From the IMG/VR virus record IMGVR_UViG_3300013121_000015, positions 113,179 to 133,178 of that record: a stretch of 20,000 nt of DNA. The stretch is one strand, 5' to 3'. Position 1 is the first letter of the stretch. Every line of letters starts with the position of its first letter. The position numbers and the translations under genes are program-made. This DNA comes from an uncultured virus (IMG/VR IMGVR_UViG_3300013121_000015). Taxonomy: Duplodnaviria; Heunggongvirae; Uroviricota; Caudoviricetes. Of the stretch, positions 7,079-16,800 are shown in pieces. Below the pieces are notes generated by a model that saw only the letters and a list, made by a program, of their open reading frames with translations, was not told where the DNA came from and searched no databases.

Positions 7079-7453
7079 GTGGACCAGTTCTTCACTATGA
7101 ACGGCCAGACCTACCTGACCGACCAGGAGACCCTGGGCTTGCTCCGGGAGATCATCCCCTCGGCCCGGCAGACCCAGGACTGGTCCGCCGTGGCTGCCGT
7201 GATGGCCCTCGGCCTCCAGGGTGGGCGTATCGTGGCGCTCGTCGCACGCCGCTACGTACCGGCGGACCGGGACTCCACCGCGCCGGAACTGCACGTCGCA
7301 GATCCGAGGGCGGGAGACGTGGTCTACCTGCACGACGACCGGGACGGGTCCTGGCTCCCGCTCCTCCGCCGCAACCTCGACGGGTACGTGCTGGCGGACC
7401 CGGACCGCGACCGTCTGACCCTCACGCAGACGCACGCCCAGGACTCCGCATGA
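7079..7453 (+). CDS. hypothetical protein (124 aa)
   Basis: SD GAGGAGG before GTG 7079; ATGA coupling to the next gene. Confidence 0.75.
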   Translation: MDQFFTMNGQTYLTDQETLGLLREIIPSARQTQDWSAVAAVMALGLQGGRIVALVARRYVPADRDSTAPELHVADPRAGDVVYLHDDRDGSWLPLLRRNLDGYVLADPDRDRLTLTQTHAQDSA

Positions 7454-7767
7454 CGACCACCGGCTACACCACCCGGGGCCGGGGGTCCGGCGCGTGCGGC
7501 CACGTCCACCCGGACAAGTCCGACGCCCAGGCGTGCCTCGACGTGTTCCGGGCGGGCTGCGAACTCCGGGGCGTCCCCTGCGACCGCAAGGTCGTGCCGT
7601 GGCGTCCGAAGGGCCGCAAGCCCCAGGGCGACCGCACCCGGGACGCGCAGGTACTCGTGCGCCTCACCGCGGACGAGATCCAGGCCCTCGACCAGATCCG
7701 GGGCGACCTCTCCCGCGCCGGCTGGTGCCACGCGGTACTCGCGCCGACCTTGCGGGCTCGGACCTGA
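7450..7767 (+). CDS. Cys/His-rich domain fused to a ribbon-helix-helix (CopG/MobC-like) DNA-binding domain
   Basis: C-terminal RTRDAQVLVRLTADEIQALDQIRGDLSRAGW fits the RHH pattern; N-terminal CGHVH..C..C..C. Confidence 0.65.
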   Translation: MTTTGYTTRGRGSGACGHVHPDKSDAQACLDVFRAGCELRGVPCDRKVVPWRPKGRKPQGDRTRDAQVLVRLTADEIQALDQIRGDLSRAGWCHAVLAPTLRART

Positions 7768-7826
7768 TTCGGGTAGACCTTTCTCGACGCTGATCTCTCT
7801 CCTGTTCCAGTCCCTCGGAGGACACC

Positions 7827-8966
7827 ATGCACCACGCCACCCTGACCACCATGATCTTCGCGCTCACCGCTGGACTCGCCTCGGGTTGCCGGGGTGGGCA
7901 GGAGCAGGAGTGTCCCGGCTGGGAGTCGGGACAGCAGGACACGGGGGACGAGGCTGGCGAGGAGACCCCGTACCTGGACGTCATCGCAGAGATCGACCTG
8001 TCCTCCAACGACACCTACGGCCAGATCGTCTGGTACGACGCCGGGAAGGCGTTCGCGGTCAGCTTCCCTGGAGCCACGGACGGAGCCGGTAGGGTGGCAC
8101 TGCTGAGCGCCACGGGCGAGACCCTGGCCTCCGTCACGGGGCCGTCCACCTCTACCGGACTCGGCGCCACCCTGACCGTCGTCGATGACCTGCTCGTCTC
8201 TGGTGCGACTGATGGCACCGTGTACGCATGGTCGATGGAGACGGGCGACTCCGGACAGGTGGACGATCTCGCCGTGGCAACCGTGACGGGTGCTGGCGCA
8301 GCTCCAGCCGTCGCGCAGGTCGCCGACGAGCTGTGGATCGCGGACTCTGGGTCAGGGTCGCTCTACGCCGTCGATCTCGCCGATCTGCGAGACCAGGACC
8401 TCGGCACGCTGACGCCGGTGTCCAGACCGTGCGGCGACGTGAGTGGGTGCGGGATCTCCATGGTCGCCGCACCGGACGACTCGGGCGCGCTCCTCGGCCT
8501 CACCGGAGGCTACGCGCAGCATGTAAACGCGCGTGGCCAGCCGGACTGGTACGCCGCTGGCGGCTTCGTGCTGGCCGGCAGCGTGCCGGACGCGCCCGCT
8601 GGCGAGACCAGCGTGTCCATGGACAGCGAGGGCTTCCTTGTGGGCGGCTACCGCGACGGTCCCGCGCTTCCGCCGTCTGGGCGCTGGATCGCGGCGGACG
8701 GCTACGAGGCAGGCGACGTCGAGCCCTACCTGACGGCGGCCACCACTGGGATCCTGGACGGCGTCGAGTACCGGGCGGTCAGCATGACGGGCACGCTCTG
8801 GCGGCTCGGCGTGGACCCCAAGAGCGGCGACGGGCTCCTGACCGGTGACGCTGTGGATACGGCTTGCGCAATGCCGATCATCGCGAACAACGGGTGGGCG
8901 AAGATCGCTGTGATCTGCTCTGGCGAGACCGCGGCCACGATCTATGAGATTGGCTGGAAGAACTGA
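7827..8966 (+). CDS. lipoprotein with predicted beta-propeller (FG-GAP-like repeats), 379 aa
   Basis: SD GGAGG; lipobox LASG-C21; acidic linker; AVSFPG..GAGRVALL and GLGATL..DLLVSGA..GTVYAW resemble FG-GAP blades. Confidence 0.75.
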   Translation: MHHATLTTMIFALTAGLASGCRGGQEQECPGWESGQQDTGDEAGEETPYLDVIAEIDLSSNDTYGQIVWYDAGKAFAVSFPGATDGAGRVALLSATGETLASVTGPSTSTGLGATLTVVDDLLVSGATDGTVYAWSMETGDSGQVDDLAVATVTGAGAAPAVAQVADELWIADSGSGSLYAVDLADLRDQDLGTLTPVSRPCGDVSGCGISMVAAPDDSGALLGLTGGYAQHVNARGQPDWYAAGGFVLAGSVPDAPAGETSVSMDSEGFLVGGYRDGPALPPSGRWIAADGYEAGDVEPYLTAATTGILDGVEYRAVSMTGTLWRLGVDPKSGDGLLTGDAVDTACAMPIIANNGWAKIAVICSGETAATIYEIGWKN

Positions 8967-9335
8967 CCGACTGCGCCCTTCGCGTCTTGACTTGCTGGCC
9001 GACCTTCTGACTCTCTGTCAGATCGTCGGCCAGAATGCTTAGGGTGTACCGGCATTCCGTATAGGCGCATCGAAAAGTGCGCCCCGAAGGTGGACACGGG
9101 TCGCCGGGTGAGCGAAGATGGTCCCACAACGAGAACGGGCCGACCCGGAGTCTTCACCTCCGAGCCGGCCCTGAGCCGAGGGACCGATGTACGCGACCCC
9201 CACAGCCTGCCCTGGAGCCTACCAGGGCAGCCGCCAGCACGCCAGCACGCGCACCTGAGACCCCGGCTCGGGTGGACGGGTCCTTGCCCGCCACTCCGAC
9301 CACCCGACCACCCGGCGGGCAGGAGCGCGACCCAC

Positions 9336-9899
9336 ATGACGATGACCGACACCTCCTCGACCTTGACGACCGCGACGACCCCGACCGCCACCACGGCCCC
9401 CTGGACCTACGCCGACGTGCGCGGCGCGTATCAGGGCGACAGGCTGATCGCCTTCGCGGAGCGCCAGGGCCTCGCGACCGGAGACGCTGACCCGATCCCC
9501 CTGCCGGCCCTGCTGCGCGCCGGCTACCTGCGCGGCGAGCGGGACGCCTACTTCCGCCTGGGGCTCGTCGCTGGGCTCCTGGCGCGCTCGCACCGGGCGG
9601 TCCTGGTGCGCTGGGCCGGGGAGGTCTCGGCGCGCGCCCGCGCCCGCCTGGGGGCCCTGCCGGCGCGGGCGGACACCCTGGCGACCGTGATCGAGTCCGG
9701 CGCCGACCCGAGCCGCGCGGGCAGCGCCGTCCCGGACCTGCTGGGCCAGTTCGCCAGCGTCGCCGAGGTCCAGGCCAAGCGGGCCCAGGACGTGCGGGCC
9801 GGGGGCCGGGCCTACGGGCAGGTCTGGGCCTGGGGCGTGCGCCGGCTGGTCGCGCTGCTGGACGAGGCTGGGGTGTGCGCGCTCCAAGCCGCGGCGTGA
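9336..9899 (+). CDS. hypothetical Ala/Arg-rich helical protein (187 aa)
   Basis: SD AGGAG before ATG 9336; very strong GC3 bias from this start onward. Confidence 0.7.
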   Translation: MTMTDTSSTLTTATTPTATTAPWTYADVRGAYQGDRLIAFAERQGLATGDADPIPLPALLRAGYLRGERDAYFRLGLVAGLLARSHRAVLVRWAGEVSARARARLGALPARADTLATVIESGADPSRAGSAVPDLLGQFASVAEVQAKRAQDVRAGGRAYGQVWAWGVRRLVALLDEAGVCALQAAA

Positions 9900-9941
9900 G
9901 ATAGTCTCGCCCAGCTCATCCACCACGCGTGGAAGGAGTCA

Positions 9942-9967
9942 GGAGGCCGCCCCCGTGGGCGGTCTTC
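9942..9967 (+). terminator. probable terminator hairpin
   Basis: 11-bp stem GGAGGCCGCCC/GGGCGGTCTTC with G-U pairs, downstream of the 9899 stop; weak U-tract. Confidence 0.45.
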
Positions 9968-10150
9968 GCGCTTCTGGACGGTCGCCAACGCGCCGTGCGG
10001 TGGGTGAGGACGGTGCTGGCGGTCCGGGGGACGGGGACGAGGGCGGCTGGCGGCGTAGTGGTTGCTGGATCTTCAGGTTTCCCTTAATCAGCCCTGGTCC
10101 CCATGGACTTGGGGGCTGAGGAACCGAAACCCGGCCGCTGGAGCACGCAC

Positions 10151-11134
10151 ATGTCCAAGGTGCATGTATTTGGGGTGCGCGTTGAAGAGAATGAAGAATA
10201 CCCCTTTGATACGTTCCTCTTGGACAAGATCGGGTTGAAGAAGAGCACGCCGATCCAGGACTTCGGCTCCACCGTCGGACCTGCACATCAGCGCCTCATG
10301 TGGCTCGGCTGGCTGGACCAGGAGCGTGGTCTGCTGGCTGGGATGATCTGCACCCCGAAGCGGGAGAGCAGCTATTCAGTGCTCACCGAGGGCCACGACG
10401 GGGAGCAGACCATCAAGTTGCTTGATCTGAACTCGGATGCGCGCGAGTTGAACTTCTTCCTCTACTCCTCCAAGCTCCGCGCCCTGGTCTACCAGCACAA
10501 GCACGGGACGCTCGGACCCCACGGGTTCATGGACCTGCTCAGGGTCCATTACAACCAGGGGAAGAAGGACCTCAAGAAAGAGGAATTGGAGCAGTACACT
10601 GGCAAGAAGAAGGGGGAGCAGGCCATCCGAAGCCGCTACAAGCACCCCCTGCGTCACTCCGTGCTGGCCCGGGAGGGAGCCCTTGCCGAGTTCGTCGGCA
10701 ACCTGGAGCGTGGCAAGATCATCATCGACATCGAGTGCAACTACCAGGACGATGATCGTGACGGGCTGGGCGCCTTCATCGCGAAGCGCAGGGAGGTCAT
10801 CACGCTCAAGACCATCGATCCGACCCTCCGGGAACGGTTCGCCCAGGCGCTCAGTCGGTTCACGAAAACGGCGGGCCCCAAGGCGCGGATCAAGGGACGC
10901 ACCGAGGAGGGCGAGGAGGAGTCGCTGTACCTGGATGACGCGCTCAACAAGCTCGCCCTGCACACCTTCGAGCACGACGCATGGATGGAGCATCTGTCAG
11001 GGGAAGCGTCTTTCAAGTTCGACACTTTCCCGATGGATTCCAGGACGCTGGACGTGCTTGCACCCATCCAGGCCCTGCACGATATTCTGATCGAGCGCGA
11101 TGCCGAACTGGCCTTGCCGACCGGCGAGCACTAA
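10151..11134 (+). CDS. soluble protein, putative RexA/RdgC-like (DUF4747/DUF6731-like) component of a two-gene defence module (327 aa)
   Basis: SD GGAG before ATG 10151; lower GC, Lys/Glu-rich; ELNFFLY...LVYQHKH...FMDLL pattern recalled from RdgC-fold exclusion proteins; paired with a TM gene. Confidence 0.55.
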   Translation: MSKVHVFGVRVEENEEYPFDTFLLDKIGLKKSTPIQDFGSTVGPAHQRLMWLGWLDQERGLLAGMICTPKRESSYSVLTEGHDGEQTIKLLDLNSDARELNFFLYSSKLRALVYQHKHGTLGPHGFMDLLRVHYNQGKKDLKKEELEQYTGKKKGEQAIRSRYKHPLRHSVLAREGALAEFVGNLERGKIIIDIECNYQDDDRDGLGAFIAKRREVITLKTIDPTLRERFAQALSRFTKTAGPKARIKGRTEEGEEESLYLDDALNKLALHTFEHDAWMEHLSGEASFKFDTFPMDSRTLDVLAPIQALHDILIERDAELALPTGEH

Positions 11135-11168
11135 GCCACCCCAGGACGCGCCAGAGAAGGAGCAGGTG

Positions 11169-11642
11169 ATGAGCACCATCTGGGACCTGTTCATGGAGGG
11201 GTATCGGGAGCTGACCGGGCCCGGCTACGCCACGATCCGAGGGTCGCTGTTCAGCGGCTTCCTGTCGCTCGGCGGCCTGGTGCTGGCGTCCTTGACCTTC
11301 ACCACCACCCGGGTCGGGGAGTTGATGAAGCAGCCCCCAGCGCAGGAGCGGTTCCGGCGCGTGTTGAAGTTCAACCCCCAGGCGTCGCTGGTCTCACCGC
11401 TTCGCAAGAGCGCCATCCTGACCAAGCGCGCCGCGGTGCTCTGCTTCTTCACCGCGCTGTGCCAGATCACGCTCGGAATGCCTGCCAGCGCGACGCTGCG
11501 GGGCTTCTGCGTGACCATGGCCATCGTCACAGGTGTCTACGTCGCGCACCTCGCCTGGCGCAGCGTCAACGTCTACCACGCGTGGTTGGACGAGTACGAC
11601 CAGAACATTCGCGAAGAGGCCCAGCAGCGGAAGGCGTCGTAG
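11169..11642 (+). CDS. 3-TM membrane protein (157 aa), putative effector
   Basis: SD AAGGAG; hydrophobic segments SLFSGFLSLGGLVLASLTF, AAVLCFFTALCQITLG and GFCVTMAIVTGVYVAHLAW. Confidence 0.75.
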   Translation: MSTIWDLFMEGYRELTGPGYATIRGSLFSGFLSLGGLVLASLTFTTTRVGELMKQPPAQERFRRVLKFNPQASLVSPLRKSAILTKRAAVLCFFTALCQITLGMPASATLRGFCVTMAIVTGVYVAHLAWRSVNVYHAWLDEYDQNIREEAQQRKAS

Positions 11643-11650
11643 ACCCGTCG

Positions 11651-12055
11651 ATGAGTCCGGGAAGTCGCACCCCCTACCCCGGCCTGACGCCCGCCCAGCT
11701 CCTCGTGGCCCAGGCGCTGGCCGCCAGCCCCCGCTGGACGTCCCGCCCGGGCCTGTGCGCCCTCCGCGCTGACGGGTCCCTGGTCGAGTCCAGGACCGCC
11801 GCGGACTGGCCTGCGGGGGGCGTGCCCTACCTGCCCGACGCGATCATGATCGGGCACCTGCTGGACCTGCTCGACAAGGCGTGCTCTCCGGTCGCGCAGG
11901 TCGAGTTCGGGACGCGGCGCGGCGGTCGGGTCTACTGCACGCTCCGGGCCATGGGCGGGTACGAGCGGACCTGGGAAGGCGACCTCTTCGCCGAAGTCCT
12001 GGGCGCCGCGCTGGTCGCCAGGTGGCAGGCGATGGACCGCCAGCGCGCGCGCTGA
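11651..12055 (+). CDS. hypothetical phage protein (134 aa)
   Basis: ATG 8 nt after the previous stop; W..RPG...PYLPD...GHLLDLL...EVL..AL pattern resembles a recurrent phage hypothetical family. Confidence 0.65.
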   Translation: MSPGSRTPYPGLTPAQLLVAQALAASPRWTSRPGLCALRADGSLVESRTAADWPAGGVPYLPDAIMIGHLLDLLDKACSPVAQVEFGTRRGGRVYCTLRAMGGYERTWEGDLFAEVLGAALVARWQAMDRQRAR

Positions 12056-12121
12056 CTTTCTCGTCACAGACCCGACCCCTGGGGCCATGTAAGGATGACG
12101 GCTGCCACCGTCGCCTGGGAC

Positions 12122-12165
12122 GAGCCGGGGCGGGTGTTTGTTGGTTGTCGAGCCCGCCCCGGCTC
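12122..12165. terminator. 13-bp perfect inverted repeat between convergent genes
   Basis: GAGCCGGGGCGGG (12122-12134) and CCCGCCCCGGCTC (12153-12165). Confidence 0.6.
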
Positions 12166-12177
12166 TACGGCACCGTC

Positions 12178-13824
12178 CTACCCCAGCAGCGACAGCCCCT
12201 TCCAGCGGGGCGCCCACACGTCGAACGTGACCTGACACCCGCCCCGGGTCCAGGACAGCTCCACGATGGTCGCGTGGACGTTCGTGAAGGCTGCGCGCGC
12301 CGGGTCCGTGTAGTACCCGCTCATCCCGGGTCGGAGGGTGAGGAAGGCGGCAGGGAACGCGCTCCAGGTCACGCGGTAGCGGGGGACCGCCCGGTGCATG
12401 ACGGTCCAGGCGAGCACGTACCGGGCCAGGGCGTCCGAGAAGATCAGGGGCGAGTCCAGGGTGTCGGCCACGCGCCGCCCGTCGTACCGCTCCGACAGGG
12501 CGCACAGCGGGCTGGTGGACGCGTCGATCTGGATCGTGGACGCGTAGTCGTCGTCCTGGGCGTCGTAGTTGTAGCGCAACTCGAAGCTGTTGTACCGGTC
12601 GTCCCGGCTGGACTCCGTATAGTCCGACTCCCGGAAGATCAGCGGGCCCGTCCCACCGGTCAGCCGGAACTCGACGCCGCGCCCGCCCGCTCCGAACGCG
12701 CGAGACAGCACGACCGGCCCCACGCCGCGCCCGCTGTAGGTCAGGTGGATCATCGGGAAGGACTGGAGGAACGTGCCCTCGACGTAGGAGAGCATGTCCA
12801 CGCCCTCGTCTCCGGAGCTGTTGATCAGCACCTTCGGGGCGAGTCCTGGCATCCGGGTCTGGGCACGCGCGAAGAGCTCGCCGTCCAGCCCGAGCGCGCC
12901 GAACCCCGTGAACCGCCGGTACAGGTGCTGGATCACCTCGACCGCCGACATGGCCCGCTCGCTGGAGTCCAGCGCCACGTCCACGTACACCGCGTCGTCG
13001 GTCGTCCAGGTCGCCGTGCTGGACGAGAAGTCGATGTACCGGACCCGACCGCCGAGCCCGTCCACGCCCGCCGTGTCCGTGGCGGGGGCGTAGGTGCCCG
13101 ACGCGACCTCGCCGTTGACGTAGGTGGCGCTGGCGGTCAGGGTCTGGGCCGGCTCCCCCAGGTACAGGTACTTCGGGTCCGCCGCGTCCTCGTAGACCAG
13201 CGGCGCCGCGACCTTCGGGTAGCCGTTGAGCACGTAGGGGTACCGCTGCCCGATGGCGCTGTCCGCCGCGCTGGGCCACCGGTCGGTGTCCACGGCCAGG
13301 CGCGGGACCTGCGCGGACTGCGTCGTCCGGAAGTCCGACACCTGGATCTGAACTTCCCCGGCCCGGTCTTCGCCCCAGTCCAGCCCGCCCGCGATCTCGC
13401 CGCGCATGACCACCCAGCGCAGGTCGTAGTCGTCTCCGTCCCGCTGGAAGCTGATCTCCGCGATGCCTGACAGCGTCGCGCCCTGGGCCAGCGCCGTGTG
13501 GAGTCCCAGGGGCTCACACGCCAGCTTGAGCGTGATGGTCCGAGCCTGGGCCGCCTGCTGGAATGGCTCCAGCGTGGTCTTGATCTCGGGCTCGTCCTGG
13601 AGCGCCGGCACGTACCGCCGCACGATCCGCGTGTCCGAGGCGCTGGTAGTCGTCATCGGGACGGCGGCGACCCAGTACCGGCGGTCGCCCAGGTTGAGTT
13701 CCACGGTCATCCGGACGCGGCGCAGCCCCGGATCCGCGCGCAAGATGGCGCCCCAATGGGCGTTGATGCGACCGTGCGCCCCGGACGTGCGCAACCAGTC
13801 TCGCATCGGGCGGGCGAGGTACAT
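12178..13824 (-). CDS. phage tail tip/hub-like structural protein (548 aa)
   Basis: True start MYLARPM at 13824 (SD GAGGAGG, TGATG coupling). Layout is typical of tail proteins (G..YPYVLNG; YNSFELRYNYD; LSERYDGRR; FLTLRPG). Confidence 0.7.
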   Translation of the reverse strand: MYLARPMRDWLRTSGAHGRINAHWGAILRADPGLRRVRMTVELNLGDRRYWVAAVPMTTTSASDTRIVRRYVPALQDEPEIKTTLEPFQQAAQARTITLKLACEPLGLHTALAQGATLSGIAEISFQRDGDDYDLRWVVMRGEIAGGLDWGEDRAGEVQIQVSDFRTTQSAQVPRLAVDTDRWPSAADSAIGQRYPYVLNGYPKVAAPLVYEDAADPKYLYLGEPAQTLTASATYVNGEVASGTYAPATDTAGVDGLGGRVRYIDFSSSTATWTTDDAVYVDVALDSSERAMSAVEVIQHLYRRFTGFGALGLDGELFARAQTRMPGLAPKVLINSSGDEGVDMLSYVEGTFLQSFPMIHLTYSGRGVGPVVLSRAFGAGGRGVEFRLTGGTGPLIFRESDYTESSRDDRYNSFELRYNYDAQDDDYASTIQIDASTSPLCALSERYDGRRVADTLDSPLIFSDALARYVLAWTVMHRAVPRYRVTWSAFPAAFLTLRPGMSGYYTDPARAAFTNVHATIVELSWTRGGCQVTFDVWAPRWKGLSLLG

Positions 13825-16800
13825 CAGCCCTCCTCGTCGAGGCGCAGCTTGAGGGTGCTGACCGAGAAGAACCGCCGCGAGCCTTCTTCGCCCTTGTACG
13901 GCACGCCCTGGTCGAGCGCGGTCCCGTCTCGGTTCAACACGCCGAACACGACGTGCGACCGCGCCCGCCACGTCGAGTCCATGATCAGCCCGACCGGGCG
14001 GGTGTACCCGTCGTGCGCCACCCGGAGCAGGTCGCGGATCATGCGGCCGACCTCGCCGCGACTGCCGGTGGGCGCCTCGGGGTCCACGCAGGTCACCTCC
14101 ATCCCGACGGACCGCGTGGACGGCCCGTCGTTGACGCGGTGCTCGATCCCGCTCTTGGCGCGGGCGGTCGTCATCATGGGCTCTTCGGTGTCCGTGTAGT
14201 CCACCTTGAGCGGTCCGTTCTGGCGGTTGAACTCCAGGTAGTGACCAGGCACGAGCGACCCGAGCCGGTGGGTGGACGTGGAGGTCCCGAGCGACGACCC
14301 CACCGCGGACAGGTCCGGGAAGACCAGCCGGAAGTACCGGTAGCGGTACCGGGACGCCGCGAGCAGCACCATGCGGTCCGCGTACAGGCACGCCTTGGCG
14401 CCCACAGTCACGCCGGCAGACGCGAGGTCCACGCCGTCCGCGACCGCCACCCAGCCGTCCTCGGAGAACTGGTCCGCGCGCACCGCGTAGGTCTTGCCGG
14501 TCGCGGTCCCCGCGACCGTAAACCGCAGGTACGTACCCAGCAACTCGCCGCGCCACGGCGCGAAGACCTCGCCCGTCGCCGCCTCGAGCTGGACGGCGCA
14601 CCCGTCCACGGCGATCACGGTCAGGTCGTCCCAGAGCGTCGCGTCCAGCTCCAGGCTCTCCGCTGGTCTGGTCCAGGAGTCGGAGTCGCTGAACTCTACC
14701 GTGCAGGTCCGGTCCACCGTGCCGACCAGCAGCATCGCCTCGACCTGCCAGCGCGCGCCGGTGCCGCTGTCGGCGTCTGCCTGGAACACAATGTCCTGCT
14801 CGGTCAGGGCGGTGCTCTCCCAGTAGTAGGAGGGAGAGTCCAGGCCCAGGTTGACCACGCCGCGCTGGTAGGCGAGCGCCGCGGTGAACGTGTCGCCCAG
14901 GAATGCGCCGCCTCCGCCCCATCCGACAGATACACCGCCCGTCACCAGGATCGGCTCCAGGGTCATTGGGGCGCCGAAGAGCCGGTTCGGCTTGGAGGAG
15001 TCGGTGCGTTGTCCGAGCGTGTTCTGGCGGGAGATCAACCACTCGTAGACGATGATCGTGGAGGTGCCGACCAGGCCGGCGCCCGCGATGACGCCCACGC
15101 GGAAAATCTGACCGCTGATCGAGCCGGAGGAGAGGGTGTACGACCCGTACTCGGTCCAGGCTCCAAGGGGCGCCGAACTCGCCAAACGCCACGCGATCCA
15201 GACCGTGTTGCCGTAGAGCGCGACACGGACCTCAACTTCGGACGCCGAATCCGTGGTGGACACCGTCGCAACGGCGCTTCCAGCGATGTTATCGTATAGA
15301 ACGATCTGCGTCCCAGCCGTGCGCACGGTGAAGTCATACCCCGTGGTCGTCACGCTGGAGGTCGTCGGCGCCATCACGCGAAACCCGCAGTCCTCGGCGC
15401 TGGTGGAGCGCGTGGCCGTCTGCTTGAGCCTGACGCAGAACGTGAACCCATGGTTGCTCGTAGAACCCCACGCCTCGGCGTTCGTGGATGGAACCACGGT
15501 CAAGATGTTCCTTGCGAGACCCGTCCCAGATGCGGTGTAGGTGGTACCGTCCGCACTCCACGTCACCGTCCCGCCGCCCAGCGTGGATTCCGTGTAGGGG
15601 GTCGTAGCGGCGCCCGTGGCCGATCCGAGACACGACGCCCAGGCGTAGCTGACCAGCTTCGGACTCGCTGCGAGAAGTGTAGCAGCTACGTCGCGGTTGG
15701 ACCTGGAAAGCGGCTTCGGATCCCAGGCGCCGAACTCGAAGCACCAGTGACCCGCGACCATCGGATCTGCCCCGCCCGCCGCGTCCTGGTCGAGAATGCC
15801 GGCGCTGACGAACCCTCGCGTTCCAGCCCAGACCGCCCGCGGACGGTACGGCCCGTAGTCGATGACGCCGCTGAACCCGAGCGCATAGGCGCTGCTCCAG
15901 TTGCTCGGGTCGTTGACGTCCACGATGGAGACCTTCGCCATCGCGATGTCGTTCACGTCCGACCCGACGTACCAGATGTAGAGGTGGATGGCGTCCGGAA
16001 CGCGGCAGAACCAGAGTCCCTTGACCACGACGGCCGTTCCCGTCCCGGACATGTCGATTTCGAGCGCGGAGTTGACAGCGAAGTCGTCGAGACCCGTCGC
16101 AATCAGGATCGAGACCTTGGCGGTATCAGAACCCGTGCCCTTGAGGGTGGCCATCAAGAACGTGCCGCCGACGTCGCCAACACCGACGACGTCGAACGGA
16201 TGGGTGCCGAGGAACACATTGCTGGACGTCTCGTGACTGTAGGTCGTCGCGGCCGTGCAGACCTTCCAGGAGGACCCGCGGTCGGACGACCCGAACTGGT
16301 AAAGGAACGTCGAGGTCGTCGTGCTCGTCAGCGTCGGCAGGCAGAAGATCCGCTCATAGTCCCCAGACACGGAGTAGACGTGATCGGAGGCGCCCGCGTA
16401 CCAGGCCGCGCCAGACCCAGCCCTTACGGCGATGTTCGTGGCCGCTAACGTCCAGGTGGCCCCGTCCGTGGAGGTGTAAAGGTCGAGGTCGAGGAACCCG
16501 TCTCGGGACACCTGCACGACCATCCGGAGCGTGCCATCGACCGACTCGGCCATGGCCAGCCCCATCTCGGTGCCGGTGGCATCCCCATCGACGACGGTGA
16601 TCGTCGTGCTCGACCAGGACTGGAGCGTGCTTGCGGCGCCAGCGTACCGCACCTGGATCGTCGTGGAGTCCGATACCCAGGCCACGATCAGCAGGTTGTT
16701 GACCGCCGAGTAGCACAGGGCGTGACCGTAGAGCTTCGTCGCGGTCGTGGCGGGCTTGCTGCGCTGGAGGATCTGCCAGGCGTTTTGGCTCTTCCAGTCG

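Noticed and set aside
11573..13470. 568-aa - strand and 529-aa + strand ORFs
   Set aside because: Shadow frames over the real tail gene.
13825..15192. N-terminal extension making the tail gene 1004 aa
   Set aside because: It overlaps the giant gene out of frame and is low-complexity Arg-rich; the SD and TGATG coupling support a start at 13824.
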